From assembly GCF_006345805.1 (NCBI RefSeq), contig NC_043002.1, positions 3,038,001 to 3,102,000 on the forward strand: 64,000 nucleotides of DNA. Direction: 5' to 3'. The translations under genes and the position numbers were made by a program. The notes under the pieces are model-generated. The model saw nothing but the letters and a program-made list of their open reading frames with translations, was not told the origin of the DNA and made no database searches. Source of the DNA: Octopus sinensis (lineage: Eukaryota). Shown here one piece after another: positions 24,641 through 38,833 of the stretch (position 1 is the stretch's first letter; each line of letters starts with the position of its first letter).

Positions 24641-27419
24641 GTGCACATTAAAAAAAAGTACACCTGTTGTAAAGTCGTTATTGTAGAAATGATATTTAGA
24701 AAATCATTAGGATTTGGATTGTGCAAGTGTGATTAAGTCAACATTTAGTCTGATGGGATTCAGGGCTGCTGTGTTTTCAAGCTGAAATTTTTTTAAATCC
24801 CTCCAACTTTTCAAAGTACTTTTTTTAATGACTAATTTTATATTTTAAACATCAAATATTCAGGATCTGGCAACATTTTTTTAATTAAAAAACATTGTTT
24901 TAATCAGAATCTTAACAGATTAATATACTGCTTGGATGGCTGCGGCTGGACCAGCTGCATGTTATTTCTTACAGTGGATTATCTAAAACACATGTTCTTG
25001 TAGCATTCTATATACACTAAAGTATAGACACAAGTGTATTACTAAGAAAATTCTTTAACACATCTTTAATTATAAGTTACAAATGTTTTCGTACCATCTC
25101 CATTTGCAACGACAGTTTTACATGAAAAGTCCAAAAGAAAACAAATTACATACTATTTTCAGTTTTAGGCATCGGAGTGGCAATTCCTCAGATTGGCATC
25201 ACAGTCATGCTATTGGGTTTGGCAAAATTAAAGAATGGCAGTGTTCTTGAGAAGTTTGCTTCCCAACCACATGGTTTCCAGGTTCAGTCCCACTGCGTGG
25301 CACCTTGGGTAAGTGTCTCCTACTATAGCCTCAGGCCAACCAAAGTGGATCTGGTAGATGGAAACTGATAAAAGCCCGTCTATATGTGTGTGTATCCCCA
25401 CCATTGCTTGACAACTGATGTCGGTGAGTTTACGTCCCTGTAACTTAGTGGTTCAGCAAAAGGGATTGATAGAATAAGTACTAGGCTTACAAAGAATAAC
25501 TCCTGGGGTTGATTTCTTTGACTTAAAAACCCTTTATGGCAGCACTCCAGCATGGCCAGAGTCAAATGACTGAAACAAGGAAATATATATATATACATAT
25601 GTCATCATCATCATTTAACGGACATTAAATGATGATGATGATGCATATACATATATATATCCGCACACACAGTCTTGTATGTAGAGGATTGTGCCTCCCT
25701 GTCTTGAGATTGCAGGATTCATGTAATGAATGTCATTCGTTTCCAATTTTCTAGAAAACCACATCTGGCCATGGAAGAATCTGCCTCAGTAACCTCCATG
25801 AAACCCAAACAAAAATGGAAAAAATGAGGACGGTTTCTGCTGCCGAATTATTTTATTATAATCCTAAAATAAGAAACAAACTTGGTGGAAACAATCCCTG
25901 ACATAGGCAGACATATGGAATCTAATTGATGTCTCATATAAGAACTGTATTGCTATTGTAGTAATTTAAATAGTTTGTTACACAACAGTTAACTTGGGAA
26001 ATAGATTTCTGGTCACATTGTCCCAAATATAATTATACAATATTAGGGGAGGGGAACAGATGATATTTAGTTTGTTGAGTATATGGTGCACTACATTCCA
26101 AATTTAGGTGTATTATACACAAATAAATATGGTAAAAGGAGATAAAAAAAATTATATATTAATCTAAGTATATTAACTTATATTTTAATAAAACTCAAAG
26201 AAAATAACTTAACCCCCTCAACCTGCACCAATGATTTTTGGGGAAGCTTGTTTTTAATGGTTTATCGTACCAAATGAACTGGAATAGGCTCTTCAATTTA
26301 AATGAGAGCTTTAATGAAAATCTCGTTACTCTTTCCATGAAAACAAGGCTTCACTGTTGCTTTACATTGCACCACACCTTTTAATGCGAGACTTGCGTCC
26401 TACAACATTCCCCCCCCCCTTAGCTGCAGGAGTGGCTGTGTGGCACCTTGGGCAAGTGTCTTCTACTATAACCTCGGGCCAACCAAAGCCTTGTGAGTGG
26501 ATTTGGTAGACGGAACCTGAAAGAAGCTCGTCATAATACGTGTGTGTGTGTGCTTGTGTTTATCCCCCCCACCACCACCACCATCAACTGACAACCAATG
26601 TTAGTATGTTTACATCCCCATAACTTAGTGGTTCAGCAAAAGAGACCAACAGAATAAGTACCAGGCTAACAAAGAATACGTCCTGGGGCCGATTTGTTCA
26701 ACTAAAGGGGGTAGGTACTCCAGCATGGCCACAGTCAAATGACTGAAACAAAAGAATATCGCTATTGTAACTATTAAACTTTGTGGCTTTTTTTATGGCA
26801 GAAAACCTGGACCCCAGTTTCCCTTTAACCCAAGCAGTGATTCTGACTGGTGTTTTTCCTTTAAAGTAAATCAAACATTTTGAGTTTCAACAGTGAAAGC
26901 AACAACTCACTGGTGCCATGAAAAAAAAGCACTCAATACATACAGGAAAGCAATACGAAGGTCATCCAGCAGTAGAAACCATGCTGATGCTGTCACCAGA
27001 CCCATCAGATCCTGTCAAACTGTCCAACAGTGATGACACTAAATGATAACAGTGATGACATATGCATCTGAATGAGGGGGGGAGGGACTGCAGATTGTCC
27101 TGGGCCCCTCCTCTCACTTTTCAACAACTGTACCTGCACACGCTTTCATACCTTTGTACAAAAGGGCCTTGGTGGCACTAATAAAGAAATTATTATTATT
27201 GGTAAAAACAAGAGAGGGTGGATTGGTAGAATTGTTAAAGCAGAAAATGAAATGACTTGAAGTATTTAGTTCTGGTTATTGAGATTCTAAGTTCAAACCA
27301 TGCCGGCATCAACTTCACCTTTCATGGTCAATGAAATAAAAGTACTGAGGCCAATAAAGTCAACTCAATCCTTCTCGTTAAGATTGCTGCCCTTGCAATA
27401 AGGAACATAATAAATAATA

Positions 27420-27772
27420 GTGCCACGTGGTCAATGCTAGTGTCCCCTGGCTGGCTCCCGTGCCAGTGGCACATAAAAAGTACCATCCAAACATGATCGA
27501 TGCCAGTGCCCCGTAACTGGCTCCTGTGCAGATGGCACATAAGAAGCACCATCCAAATGTGATCGATGACAGGCCCGCCTAACTGGCCCCTGTGCCAGCA
27601 GCACGTAAAAAGCACTCACTACACTCTCAGAGTGGTTGGCATTAGGAAACACAGCTGTAGAAACACTGCCAGATCAGATTGAAGCCTGATGCAGCCAGTC
27701 TTCCCAGACCTCAGTCAAATTGTCCAACCCATGCCAGCATGGAAAACAGACATTAAACGATGATGATGATGA
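27420..27772 (+). mobile_element. SINE family A
   Basis: Internal tandem units plus (GAT)n tail. Confidence 0.75.
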
Positions 27773-28035
27773 TATCCATCTATTTAAGGCCTTGTGCCTT
27801 AAGTAGAAGGGATTATTATTATTATAAAGGCAGCAAGCTGGCAGGATTGTTAGCATGCTGGGCAAATACTTAACAGCATTTCTTCCGTCTTCATGTTCTG
27901 AGTTCAAATTCAGCCAAGGTTGGCTTTGCCTTTCATCCCTTCCCTTCGGCATCAATAAAATAAATACCAGTCAATCAATGTAATCAACTAGCCCCCACCT
28001 CTGAAATTGCTGGCCTTGTGCCAGAATTTGAAGCC

Positions 28036-28067
<32 letters not shown>

Positions 28068-30629
28068 AAGGTGATAAGCCATTAGTTCCATTGTTCAAAT
28101 CCTCCACAGGGTCAACTCTGGCTTTCATCCCTTCAGAAGTGATACAAAGAAGTACCCGGCAAGCACTGGACTCAACAGAATCTACTAAACCCCTACCCTC
28201 GAAATTGTTGGTCAGGTACCACCCAAATTAGAGACCATTATGTAGTTTGCTGCGTGGAGACTGGCATGACAAAGAACAGGCCCAACGTTTCTCTCTATGT
28301 TGTAAAAGTCAACTAAAGAAGGTTGAATTAGGGTTCGCACGCCAACCCCATAAAATCCCTCACCAGCAACAACTAGCCAGAAAACAGACCCACGGGTTGG
28401 AGGGTTGTTGCCTGAGTGGCACAAAGGTGTGACCTACCAAGTGTAGTAGGGAATCCCCAATAAATTGGTAACTGCAGTAATGATGCACTGTTACAATACA
28501 AGACTCCATACTGCTACTACTACTGCTAGTATGTAGTAATTACTACAACTTCCAAATAAATTAAGTTTTTAATAAAATTTTAACTATGCATCAAATTCGG
28601 TTTAATTAAAGTATAAATTGACACCTTCCATTTTTATAAAAACAGAAATATTAAATAAAAAAAAAGGGATACCACATTTCATATTGATATTCCAGATTAG
28701 ACTCAATAATCTAGATTTTAAAGGACTACAATCACAAAAGAATTAAAATTAAATCTCATAAATGAATGTTTTTGTTGTTTTTGTTTTTTAATGGCTGACA
28801 GGATTAAATTCCGTTTTGTTTTTGAATCAATATTCAGTTTCTAAATAGAATCACTGGTATTCTTCAAGTTAATACTATGTTATTGAAATTACTAGAAAAC
28901 AAAAAAAATTTCAGACAGATGACTGAAATACAAAATTTTTTTTTAAAAGCTGCAGATACTTAACAGATGAATGATAATGAGTTTCCAATCAATTAATAAT
29001 TCAATCACTTTTATCAAAAACAGAGGATTATTAATGTTTTTTTTTTTCTTTTAATTATTTGCAGGCATGGCTGTGTGGTAAGAAGCTTACCTCCCAACCA
29101 CATGGTTACAAGTTCTGTCCCACTGTGTGGCACCTTGGGCAAGTGTCTCGTTCTATAGCCTCGGGCTCACCAAAGCCTTGTGAGTGAATTTGAAAGACAG
29201 AAACTGAAAGAAGTTCACACACATATATATATATATATATACAAATATGCGATGGGCTTCTTTCAGTTTCTACCAAATCCACCCTCAAGGCTTTGGTCAG
29301 CCCAAGGTTATAGAAAGGGTTGATAGAATAAGTATCAGTTAAGCAGTGGGATCAACATAAACATCCCCTCCCCTCGAACAGCTGGCTCTGAGTCAAAATT
29401 TTAAATCATCACATTATTATTGTTGTTGGCAAACTAGCAGAATCACAAGTATACCAGACAAAATACTCAGCAGCATTTTGTCTGCCTTTAAGTTCCAAGT
29501 TCAAATTCCACCAAGGTCAACTTTACCTCTCATCCCTTTGGGGCTGATAAGTACCAGTTGGACACTGGGGGTCAGTGTAATCAATATATTCGAAAATTGC
29601 TGGCCTTGTGCCAAAATTTAAAATCATCATTGTTATTATTATTGACAACAAGTACAAAAGCCATCGTTACTAAAAGACCGAATTACAAAAAGAATGCCTT
29701 TGCTGACCCCTCAAGTTCCACCACCCTGTCATGACTGGAACAATACCCAAAAGAAGATAATCAAATTGTTGAAATACAAGATGCAACATGGAGAAAAAAT
29801 GTAAACTAAAAAATTAATAGTTTTAAAACAAAAAAAAATATTTAAATTCCAAGCAAAGGCAAGAAAAATCATAATAGTACCAGGCACAAGAGACAATCCT
29901 TGCAAAAATAGTGGCCTCCCAGTTGGAGTATATAAAAGTTTTACACAAAAACCAAATGCAAAAATAAAAGCAACTTTTTGTCTGCACTTGAGAAATATGG
30001 AATTAAGTATGGAGCATAGAAACAGTGATGTACTTAACAGGCAGATGCTTAGCAAAACTTTCTAACAAATACGATGTATAAACAAACCAAAGAAATGTTA
30101 AAATTCCATAATTCAAACAATCTGGAGAAAATTATAACAGTTCTTCCCAAGACAAATTAAGAGAAGAGAGGAAAAGAAGTTTACTTTTGCAGATAATTAT
30201 GTAATAAACAATTATTTTGGTTGTAGTGAAAGAAATCTAAAATAAAAAACTAAAACGCTGCCACTTTCCACCAGCTGAACATGACGAAGGGAACAAGGAA
30301 CAGCTGCAAGTCTGTAAGCATCGCAAAGTTTACACAACGAAGAATGAAACAAACCGTTTCCAGCTGGGAAAACAAAAAGGTCACATTTAAACGACGACCA
30401 CCATCACCGATGCTGAATCAAAATATACATCATCTGATCATCAAATACAACTCAGATATGACGGAAGGAAATTCATGAAGACATACAAGAATCAGTTAAT
30501 GCCATGAAGACTACAAGACTTTCATTAAAAGAGGCAGCAATGCCAAAAACAATCGTTATCTCTAGGATTCTTTCACCTTGATAACAGAATGTTTTGCTTT
30601 GTTTGTTTGTTTGTTTTCTGAAACAAAGA

Positions 30630-30811
30630 TTAATCCTTTAGCATTCAGACTACTCGGTCAAATGTAATCCTTATTTATTCCCATTGCTTTGGATTAATCA
30701 TGCATTATCTCAGTTTGGAGATTTCAATGATGAGATTGTATATTTCTAGAATGACATTGTAGGATAGGTGTGAGAGGCCTGATCTGGCTAGTTTCAATGT
30801 TAAAGGGTTAA
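30630..30811 (+). mobile_element. TTAA-ended MITE of a second family (ccctttagcatt termini); further copies near 11273, 15130, 41190, 47841, 54955, 55630 and 56615
   Basis: Shared core gaatgacattgtagggtaggtgtgagaggc..gatctggc; ends aatgttaaagggttaa. Confidence 0.65.
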
Positions 30812-31527
30812 ACAAACTCAGGGGTAGTTAGATTTAGTATTGAAAGAAAACAGAAGCTATGGGCAGACACTGTAAAAAAAAAAAAAATCACAGCTACTCA
30901 AAGATTACTTTATTTTTTTCTTATAGAGATTTTTGCATTAGAAATGAGAAGAATAGAATTGGTTTGAATAAAATTGCTGGATTTAAAAGTCAATGAAGTC
31001 ATTGAGATCAGAGTAAACTAATTAACAGGTGACTCTGAAGTCACTGAAGGTAGTAATTAAAGAATTACAGGTTAAGCTTTTTATTATTGTTCTTTAAACT
31101 ACTTACATGTAAATGGAGCTGCAGGAATAAATTAGAAAGGAAAACCCAACCAACAGCAGACTTAGTAAAACAATTTAATATTTTAGCATCGATATTGAAT
31201 TTAAAATAACATTAAGAGAGAAAAGACTGCAGCGTGGAGCAGGAACTGAGGGTGTTCATAGGTCTGGCCTCGGATAAAACAAAGCAGAAAAGGGTGCAAT
31301 TATGGAGAAGAATAAATTTCATTCATTGTGTGCTGAGCAGATGAGCTCTACCAACCTTTATAAATAGTAATTAAGATATGAGGCTTTGATGTAAATGTCA
31401 GAAATAATAGAGAAAGAAAAATTAATGATATAAATAACTGGGAAACACAGTAAATCTCACGAAGATGAACGTGAATACAGCATTCTATATAAGTGTGTGT
31501 GCGTGTGTATTATACATAATCTATATA

Positions 31528-31741
31528 AACACACTCACCGGTAAAATTTCCACTTATTCCTTATTTTTATTTTCCTAAAATTTTCGTTGCGTCTTGCAAC
31601 TTCTTCAATAGCCTTGACTACTGAAAAGATTGCAAGACGCAATGGAAATTTTAGGAAAATAAATATAAGGAAATTTTACCAGTGAGTGTGTTAAATTATA
31701 AGGCACAAAAAGAAAATGACCCTCCCCAGACACAACAGAAT
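31528..31741. mobile_element. Same palindromic MITE family, one terminus missing, with an approximately 80-bp-arm internal hairpin
   Basis: Shares gttgcaagacgcaa..aggaaaata..ccggtgagtgtg..cagacacaacagaat with 18819-19012. Arms about 31528-31611 and 31618-31692. Confidence 0.7.
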
Positions 31742-31748
31742 ATATATT

Positions 31749-32137
31749 TTGGGTTGTCCGGAAAGTTCGAGCCGATTTATAGTAGCTTACCTTTCGACTT
31801 ATTTTAGAACATGATTGAGTCCATAAAATAGGATTTGACTACACTTCCATTTAGAGCACAGTTTAAGCTATCTCTTCTTGGAAAAAGGTTTATGTTCCTA
31901 TAACCTGTGTTAATTCTGTAACCCTTTAAATTGGAAGATAAGAAAGTTCATTTTCGGCACTTGATGCTTTTCTTTTTCCGTAAAGGAAAAAATGTGTCAC
32001 AAGCAACCAAAGAAATATGCACAGTTTACGGAGATGTTACTTTATCTGAAAGAACTGTATGGAAGTGGTTCGCAAGGTTCCGAGCTGGAGATTGTAGCTT
32101 TATTGATAAAGAGCAATCAGGTAGACCATCCACCATT
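31749..32137 (+). mobile_element. Mariner 5' fragment (TIR plus N-terminal HTH region)
   Basis: ORF 31931 EDKKVHFRHLMLFFFRKGKNVSQATKEICTVYGD..SERTVWKWFARFRAGD...SGRP is a Mos1/Hsmar-type N-terminus; truncated after SGRP. Confidence 0.85.
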
Positions 32138-32476
32138 CATTGTCTCTTCACCAAATCTACTCACAATGATCTGATTGACCTGAGGTTATATAGAAGCCCA
32201 TGGTGTTGCTCAGTGGAACCCAAGCCCAAAACGATATTTTCTGGAAGCAGTGTGCAAGTCTATACATCTGCATGCATCAACTATGACTGTAACACAATTT
32301 CAACTGATGCCTTTACTCGAATGTCTTCCTGAGCCTAAGTGGCACAGATGTGGCTTCTCAGTCCTGGTAGTGACCCACATACTTTTGCACAGATGTGGGA
32401 ATGATGAGCACCTCTTCATGGAATTTTCCAGTCAGTGCGGTTTGCTTTCCTCCGTTACAACCAGCCATAGTATGCT

Positions 32477-32750
32477 ACATCATCATCATCGTTTAACGTC
32501 CACTTTCCATGCTAGCATGGGTTGGACGTATGACTGAGGGTTGGCAAACCAGATGGCTGCACCAGGCTTCAATCTTGATCTGGCATAGTTTCTACAGCTG
32601 GATGCCCTTCCTAACGCCAACCACTCCAAGAGTGTAGTGGGTGCTTTTTACGTGCCACCAACACAAGTGCCAGTCAGGCGGTACTGGCAACGACCTCGCT
32701 CAAATCTTTTACACATGCCACCAGCACAGGTGCCAGTAAGGCAATGCTGG
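32477..32750 (-). mobile_element. SINE family A
   Basis: Close match to 604-957. Confidence 0.8.
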
Positions 32751-33134
32751 TAGCTAAAAACCAAGGGCTGCTTCACTTGAAGCTTTTTAAAGTGAAGAAA
32801 GGCCTTGCATAGGGCCAACTCTGACCTCCACTCCCTAAACAATGTATGCATTTGCTCATAAAGAACTAGTTTACATTGTTGGATGCAAACAAAGTTGCAA
32901 GTCACAGTTTACCTTGTAGAAAGACATCTAAACAAAGACTAGGGGATCTCCCATCCCCAGCTGTTTGCCCTTCGAGGTTTTGATTTTTGTCCTGCAGGGT
33001 GTCCAACAAGAGCCACCACCACTCCTTACCAAATAGGCTTGGTATGGTTGCTCTTTAGGCACCAATAGCCCTATAGGCTGCAATGGCTACGTTACATATA
33101 CATAGATGCACACATTATATATATATATATAAAC

Positions 33135-34297
33135 TTTTTTTCTGTAGTTTCAGCTCAGAGCTGCGGCCATGCTGATGCACCGCCATTTGTGCTGCACTGT
33201 TATTACTGAGAGCCTCCTCCAATATGCGGCACTTGGTGAAGAATTGAGTTTGATATAGCTGCCCTCATTTGCACCTCTTGCCGTGAGGTAGGTTCATCTG
33301 GGACTCTCGACAGGAAAAGGTCCAGCTTTGATTTAAAAAACCCTACATCTACTTTGTGCAGGTTCCTCAGGTTCTTTGGGAGAATATTAAAAAGCTGTGG
33401 GCCTTTGAAACCCAGGCTGTTTCAGTAAATGGTCCTGAAGCACGATGGCGTTGCTGGAATTTTTGACACTATGCAGTGTTGTTCCGTTTTGGCATTGGTG
33501 TAGCTTTCAATGCCAAAATTTGGCACTATTACTTCCAGGATCTTCCAGACATATATTACTGCATACTTCTCCCGTCTTCTCTCCAGGGAGTAGAGTCTTA
33601 GCTGTTTCAACCTTTCCCAGTAGCTGAGCCGTTGCAAAGAGACAATCTTCTTTGTGAATCTTCTCTGGATTGCTTCAAGGTCCGCTGTTAATTTTACACA
33701 GGTAGGTGGCCATAGCTGTGAACAGTAATCCAGGTGGCTGAGAATGAATGTCCTCCAGAGGACCATCATGGTTTCCTTATCTCTGGTTCCGAATGTTCTC
33801 AGGATCCATCCAGCCAGTCGTCTGCACTATGTCGCCATCCTGGTAATGTGCACTTGGAAAGAGGTATCATCACTCATGTCAATACCAGGTCCCTCACTGA
33901 TTTAGGCTCTGGGATTGAAATTCCCTGTGGACCAGTGTACCCTGTAAGTTTCATATTTAGTTTTGGATGCTGGTAGCACAGGGCTTGGAATTTTCCAGCA
34001 TTAAACTGCATATTATTATCCCCAGCCCATCTGTAGATTGAGTCCAAATCCTGCTGCAGATGTGCAACATCGCTGGGGTTCTGTATTTTCTGCGAGACTT
34101 TCGTATCGTTTGTGTAGCTTGCACGGGTGGCTATCCAGGCACTTGAGGGCATATCTGAGAGAGCCACTATAAAAAGTAGTGGTCCCAAGACAATGCCTTG
34201 TGGAACACCGCTCACTATTTGTGTGTTCATAGAGGTGGCTCCATTAGCCACTACTGTCTGACTCCTATCTTTCAGAAAGTCATGTAACCACACTCCA
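33135..34297 (-). mobile_element. 5'-truncated CR1-type LINE (RT C-terminal half and 3' UTR)
   Basis: WLHDFLKDRSQTV..SGVPQGIVLGPLLF..YTNDTK..LQQDLD..W...NMQFN..K and ..HLDYCSQLW..LEAIQRRFTK..SYWERLKQLRLYSLERRR. (TA)n on both flanks. Confidence 0.9.
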
Positions 34298-34944
34298 AAA
34301 TATATATATATATATATTTAAATACATATATACACACCCATATATACACATACACGTGTTTTAACATTTTATCAAATAAATTTCTCCAGATTATGTCTTC
34401 CTTTGATTTTCGCATATTATGGCAATTAATATCTCAAGCAAGGAGTTAGAATTCAACATTAATTATTAATGATTTCACTTGTCAATTTTCTCACTGATTT
34501 AATTGGAGAAAATGATTAGAACAATATTTCAATGTTGTTTGTAGCTAAGTGATATCGTTTCTGAGCAAGACTGGACCTGTCACACGTTTGATATAGCACT
34601 GTTCCTTTCATCAGTGAAAGGTAAGGGAATAAGAAAAAGAAAAAAATTGCTGATGAATTTTAAATTTGGGGTCTCTGCATACTGGTGGGTTTATGAACAG
34701 AGTTTTGTAATCATAGTAAATAACACTCGTTTGTTGAATGAAGAGGAACAAACAGATATGTCAGAATCCTTTTTTTTTTAATAGATGTTGTGCAGCTTCC
34801 AACTTTCTCTAAATGTTGGAAAAGCGTTACCTGCATTGCGATGATTCTTGCCAAGTATCAAAATGTCAATACCATGACTGCTGCTCAATGCTCTGTGGAC
34901 ACTAAACGCTATAAGACATGACATGACCAGCTGCAGCAGAAACT

Positions 34945-35510
34945 ATGAAGCCATGGCCCAGCAGGAAGGGACACAGCAATCATTCTGACTGTCCATATGC
35001 CAGGATTCATTGCCACATTTTTGAAAAGGGCTTTAGGCTCAATTCAGGCAGCTGCTGGAGAGGTCTGCTGCTTGAAGGTCATATGTCTGTCTGGCAGCAG
35101 GAATCGGCTCTTTGCCATACCTGTGCAAAGAGTCAGAAGTGGTTGTCGGAGAATTTCTACAACTTCACCAGACCCAATTTCTGATCCCCTAATTCCTTAG
35201 ATTGCAATCCCATGGATTACTGTGTGGGTCACATTTGAGAAAGATGCCAACCACTAGCCAGTGGTCAAGATCAAGGAGGTGTTCAAAGATCTTCCCAGGC
35301 ACACAGTGAGAAACACATGCACCAGGTTCCGGAGCCATCTTGAGGCCATGGTGGAAGGTAAACAGGGGGCTACTTTCAGTGCACATTTATCTCCCAGCCA
35401 TATATTCTAGTTAATATTTTTGGAGTTTTAAAAATACTTCTATTTTTGGATGGGATATTATTCCGTTTTCCTTTTATGAAAATTGTCATATTTTGCCCAA
35501 CCACCCTATC
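34945..35510 (+). mobile_element. Decayed Tc1/mariner (DD37D/maT-like) transposase 3' fragment
   Basis: VWQQESALCHTCAKSQKWLSENFYNFTRPNF*SPNSLDCNPMDY resembles WQQDSAPCH...WPPNSPDCNPMDY; downstream RFRSHLEAMVE. Confidence 0.75.
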
Positions 35511-36517
35511 TACAAACATACACAATATTTCAGATGCTTTTAAACTCAAATTGCTGTATGATCACTAATTTGTTTAGTATTATTCTAGTCATAAGAGATG
35601 CATATAATACTCCTTGGTTTGGAAAGCTAATGAAAAACATCCACCCCCATTTCACTGCATTTGGCCTTTCACTTCAATACAGAGAGAGAGAGAGAAATTA
35701 ATGTAGGGAAGAAACAATATATCATGGCAACTCTCTGTGATGTTCTTGAGTATGAATCAGAGAAGATTATATTCCACCGTTTCTAACACAAGAATTTTGT
35801 GGAGAATCAGGCAAAGTCAAGTGAACCAAAAACAACGTCTAATATAGAAAGCAACATTTAAAAACACATCATTAAATAGAATATCTTTTGAAGATAAAGA
35901 TTAGATCTAGTTTGTAGGCACTTTTCAGGAAACTTTGCCAAGTTATTCCCTGCTTCAAGCTTCTTAAAAGCAGCACACGATAAAGATATATCAACTGATT
36001 CCACAACCTCAATTTCAGTGGGAATAACGATTCATTCTCAAAATAGCTGGAAATTAAGAAATTCTACACCAAAATATTGTGAACTCTGTCAAAATTTAAA
36101 CCACTTTGGATAAGTTTCCACCGAACCATGTCTAAATTAAAAGTGTCACTGAACTGAAAAAGCTCACACACGAAAATAATTGAAAAATTGACTTTATAGA
36201 GAAGTATAGAACCTCTAAAATATAAAATTATGTTCATGCATGATTGTGTAGTTGGGAAGTCCACTTGTCAACCACACTGTGTGCTATCTTGGACAAGTGT
36301 TTACTACAGCCCTGAGCCAACCATGGCATCGAGTGGATTTGGTAGAGGGAAACAAAAGGCTACAGTGTTTGTATATAGCAAGATATACACAGACATGACA
36401 GAAGTAAATAGACACCTCATAGAACCTTGTTTTATGTATATTTTAACTTGTAACGGTTTATAGATTTTATTAATTGACACTTTTATGTTCCAGGTTACAT
36501 ATGTGACTGTTTAATTA

Positions 36518-36893
36518 TGTCATGTACAAAAGAAGCCTTGGAACTGTCCAAATTTCGAAGACGCCGTATTGTGAGTTAATCTGAAGGTGAACTAATCTGA
36601 AAACCTTGGGATCCCGATTTCTACAGTTAATAGGGTGATTGTGCAATTCACTAGAGAGGGGAAGGAGTCCACATCACCTTGCCCAGGTCAACCAGGGCAC
36701 TCTAACAGGAGCCTTCTCTTTGCTAAGTGTGAAGGATAATCCTCGTTGCAACACCTCTGACATAGCAGAACAAGTTGATGGCTGTCCCAGAACAGCTGCC
36801 AGGTTTCTCCACAAACTTGGTTACTATGACAGAAGAGCAAGAAGAAAACCACTTCTTCAACCAGCCAATATCAAGTGGAGAAAAGATTGGCCC
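36518..36893 (+). mobile_element. Tc1-like transposase N-terminal fragment
   Basis: [28 protein letters not shown] and RFLHKLGYYDRRARRKPLL motifs with frameshifts. Confidence 0.7.
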
Positions 36894-37182
36894 AATCTAT
36901 ACTTACCTATACTTGTAAGAAAAAAAATCTTTTGCTATTTAAGCATCCAGTAAAAACAATACATTTTCCAGTCTGAAAACGGTTACTTGAAGCTCAAAAC
37001 TCATACCAGACTAATTAACTTGTAAACTTTATTAAGATTAAAATTAAAATTATCCCCCACCCCACCAGAAGAAAGCCATCTCTACTCATTTTTTCAAATA
37101 TATATAACACTGTACCAAGAACTTTTTATTACTCTACTACATACAGACATATATTTACACACACAGACACACATATATAACT

Positions 37183-37370
37183 GTGCGGGTGGCACGTAAA
37201 AAGCACCCACTACACTCATGGAGTGGTTGGCGTTAGGAAAGGCATCCAGCCGTAGAAACACTGCCAGATTTGACTGGGCCTGATGAAGCCTTCTGGCTTC
37301 ACAGACCCCAGTAGAACCGTCCAACCCATGCTAGCATGGAAAACGGACGCTAAACGATGATGATGATGAT
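37183..37370 (+). mobile_element. SINE family A 3' part; an oppositely oriented copy lies at about 37770-37970
   Basis: Tail motif shared in inverted orientation about 400 bp apart. Confidence 0.75.
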
Positions 37371-38801
37371 AGATATACGTGTGCATGGAACCATGCATTT
37401 GTTTACATCAGCAATTGCTTATATGAAAGTGCAACGGCAGGAGGTGGTCAGTTAGTTTTAAGCTGTGTGGAGTAACTGACCTCACACTCGAAGAATAAGC
37501 AATGGGTAGCAACAGGAAGAGCATCCAGCTGTAACCACAATGCTTCCATAATATATTCATCCAACCCATGGAAGCATGGAAAACCAACCATTACAAAAAA
37601 AAAAGACAAACAAACAAAAGCTATACAGCTTTTACTGTCTGACCTGGTCATTATCCAAACCATTGGTCAACATAAAATTCCGCTGTTAAAATTTATGAGC
37701 ATTAAATTGGTTTTACTGCTACAATAGACAAAATATTAAAGAATTTCTTTTTATACAATTCCTAATCACCGTCATTTAACATCTGCTTTCCACGCTGGCA
37801 TTGATTGGACAGTTTGGCAGGAGGTGGCCAGTTGGAGAGCTGCCCAGGCTCCATGTTTTGGCAGGGTTTCTTTCTGCAGCTGGATGCCCTTCCTAATGCC
37901 AACCACTTTACAGAGTGTGCACTGGGTGCATTCTACGTGCCACTGGCACAGGGGCATTTATGTGGCACCGGCACCCACAAGAAAAATATGCACTCTCATC
38001 CTCATGCAGGGGCCACACTAACCTTTTCTGTATGGTTCCATTTAACTATAAAAATATAAGGCGACCCTTTTTAAACACTGAATGCTTATTAGGGTCCAGT
38101 AGAGTAAAATAAGAATCAAAGGGGTTGGCAGGCAAAAAAAGGGTTGAGAACCTCTGATTTGAACCTTAGTAATTCTCAGATTATTTAACAACCAGAGAAT
38201 CATTAGCCATCAAAAGTATTGAACTAATTAAGATTCAGTTGAATTCCTAGACTAATCACTTCCTCCCTCGAGACCGAGACCCAGCTCAGATTAATGCCGT
38301 CTTTCATTTCTCAGTTGATTCAATTGACAAAACGGCTTTCCAAGAACTGAGCCAATAAAAAATATCTCTTGTTGGAATCTCTATTAAATTTGAAACCATT
38401 ATAATAATGGTTTCAATTTTTGGCACAAGGCCGGCAATTTTGGGAGAGGGGACTAACTGATCACATCAACTCCAGTACTCAACTGGTACTTATTTTATCA
38501 TCAACCCCGAAAGGAGGAAAGGCAAAATAGACTTCAGCAGAATTTCAACTCAGAACATAAAAATGGACAAAATACACCAAACATTTTGCTTGGTGTGCTA
38601 ATGCTTCCACCAGCTCCTTTCTACTAAATGCAGGAGGCCTGAAATTTGGAGGGACGGGGACTAGTTGATTACATTGATCCCAGTGTTACACCAGCACCTA
38701 TTTTATCATCCCTCCCCACAAAGAATGAAAGGCAAAGTCAACCCCGGCAGAATTCAAACTTACAACGGGCAAAACACTGCTAAGCATTTCATCCAGCATG
38801 C

Positions 38802-38833
<32 letters not shown>

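Noticed and set aside
37279-37305. CTGATGA followed by an AGCC/GGCT hairpin
   Set aside because: No GAAA follows the stem, and other copies of this SINE read ctggtgca at this position, so it is a chance match.
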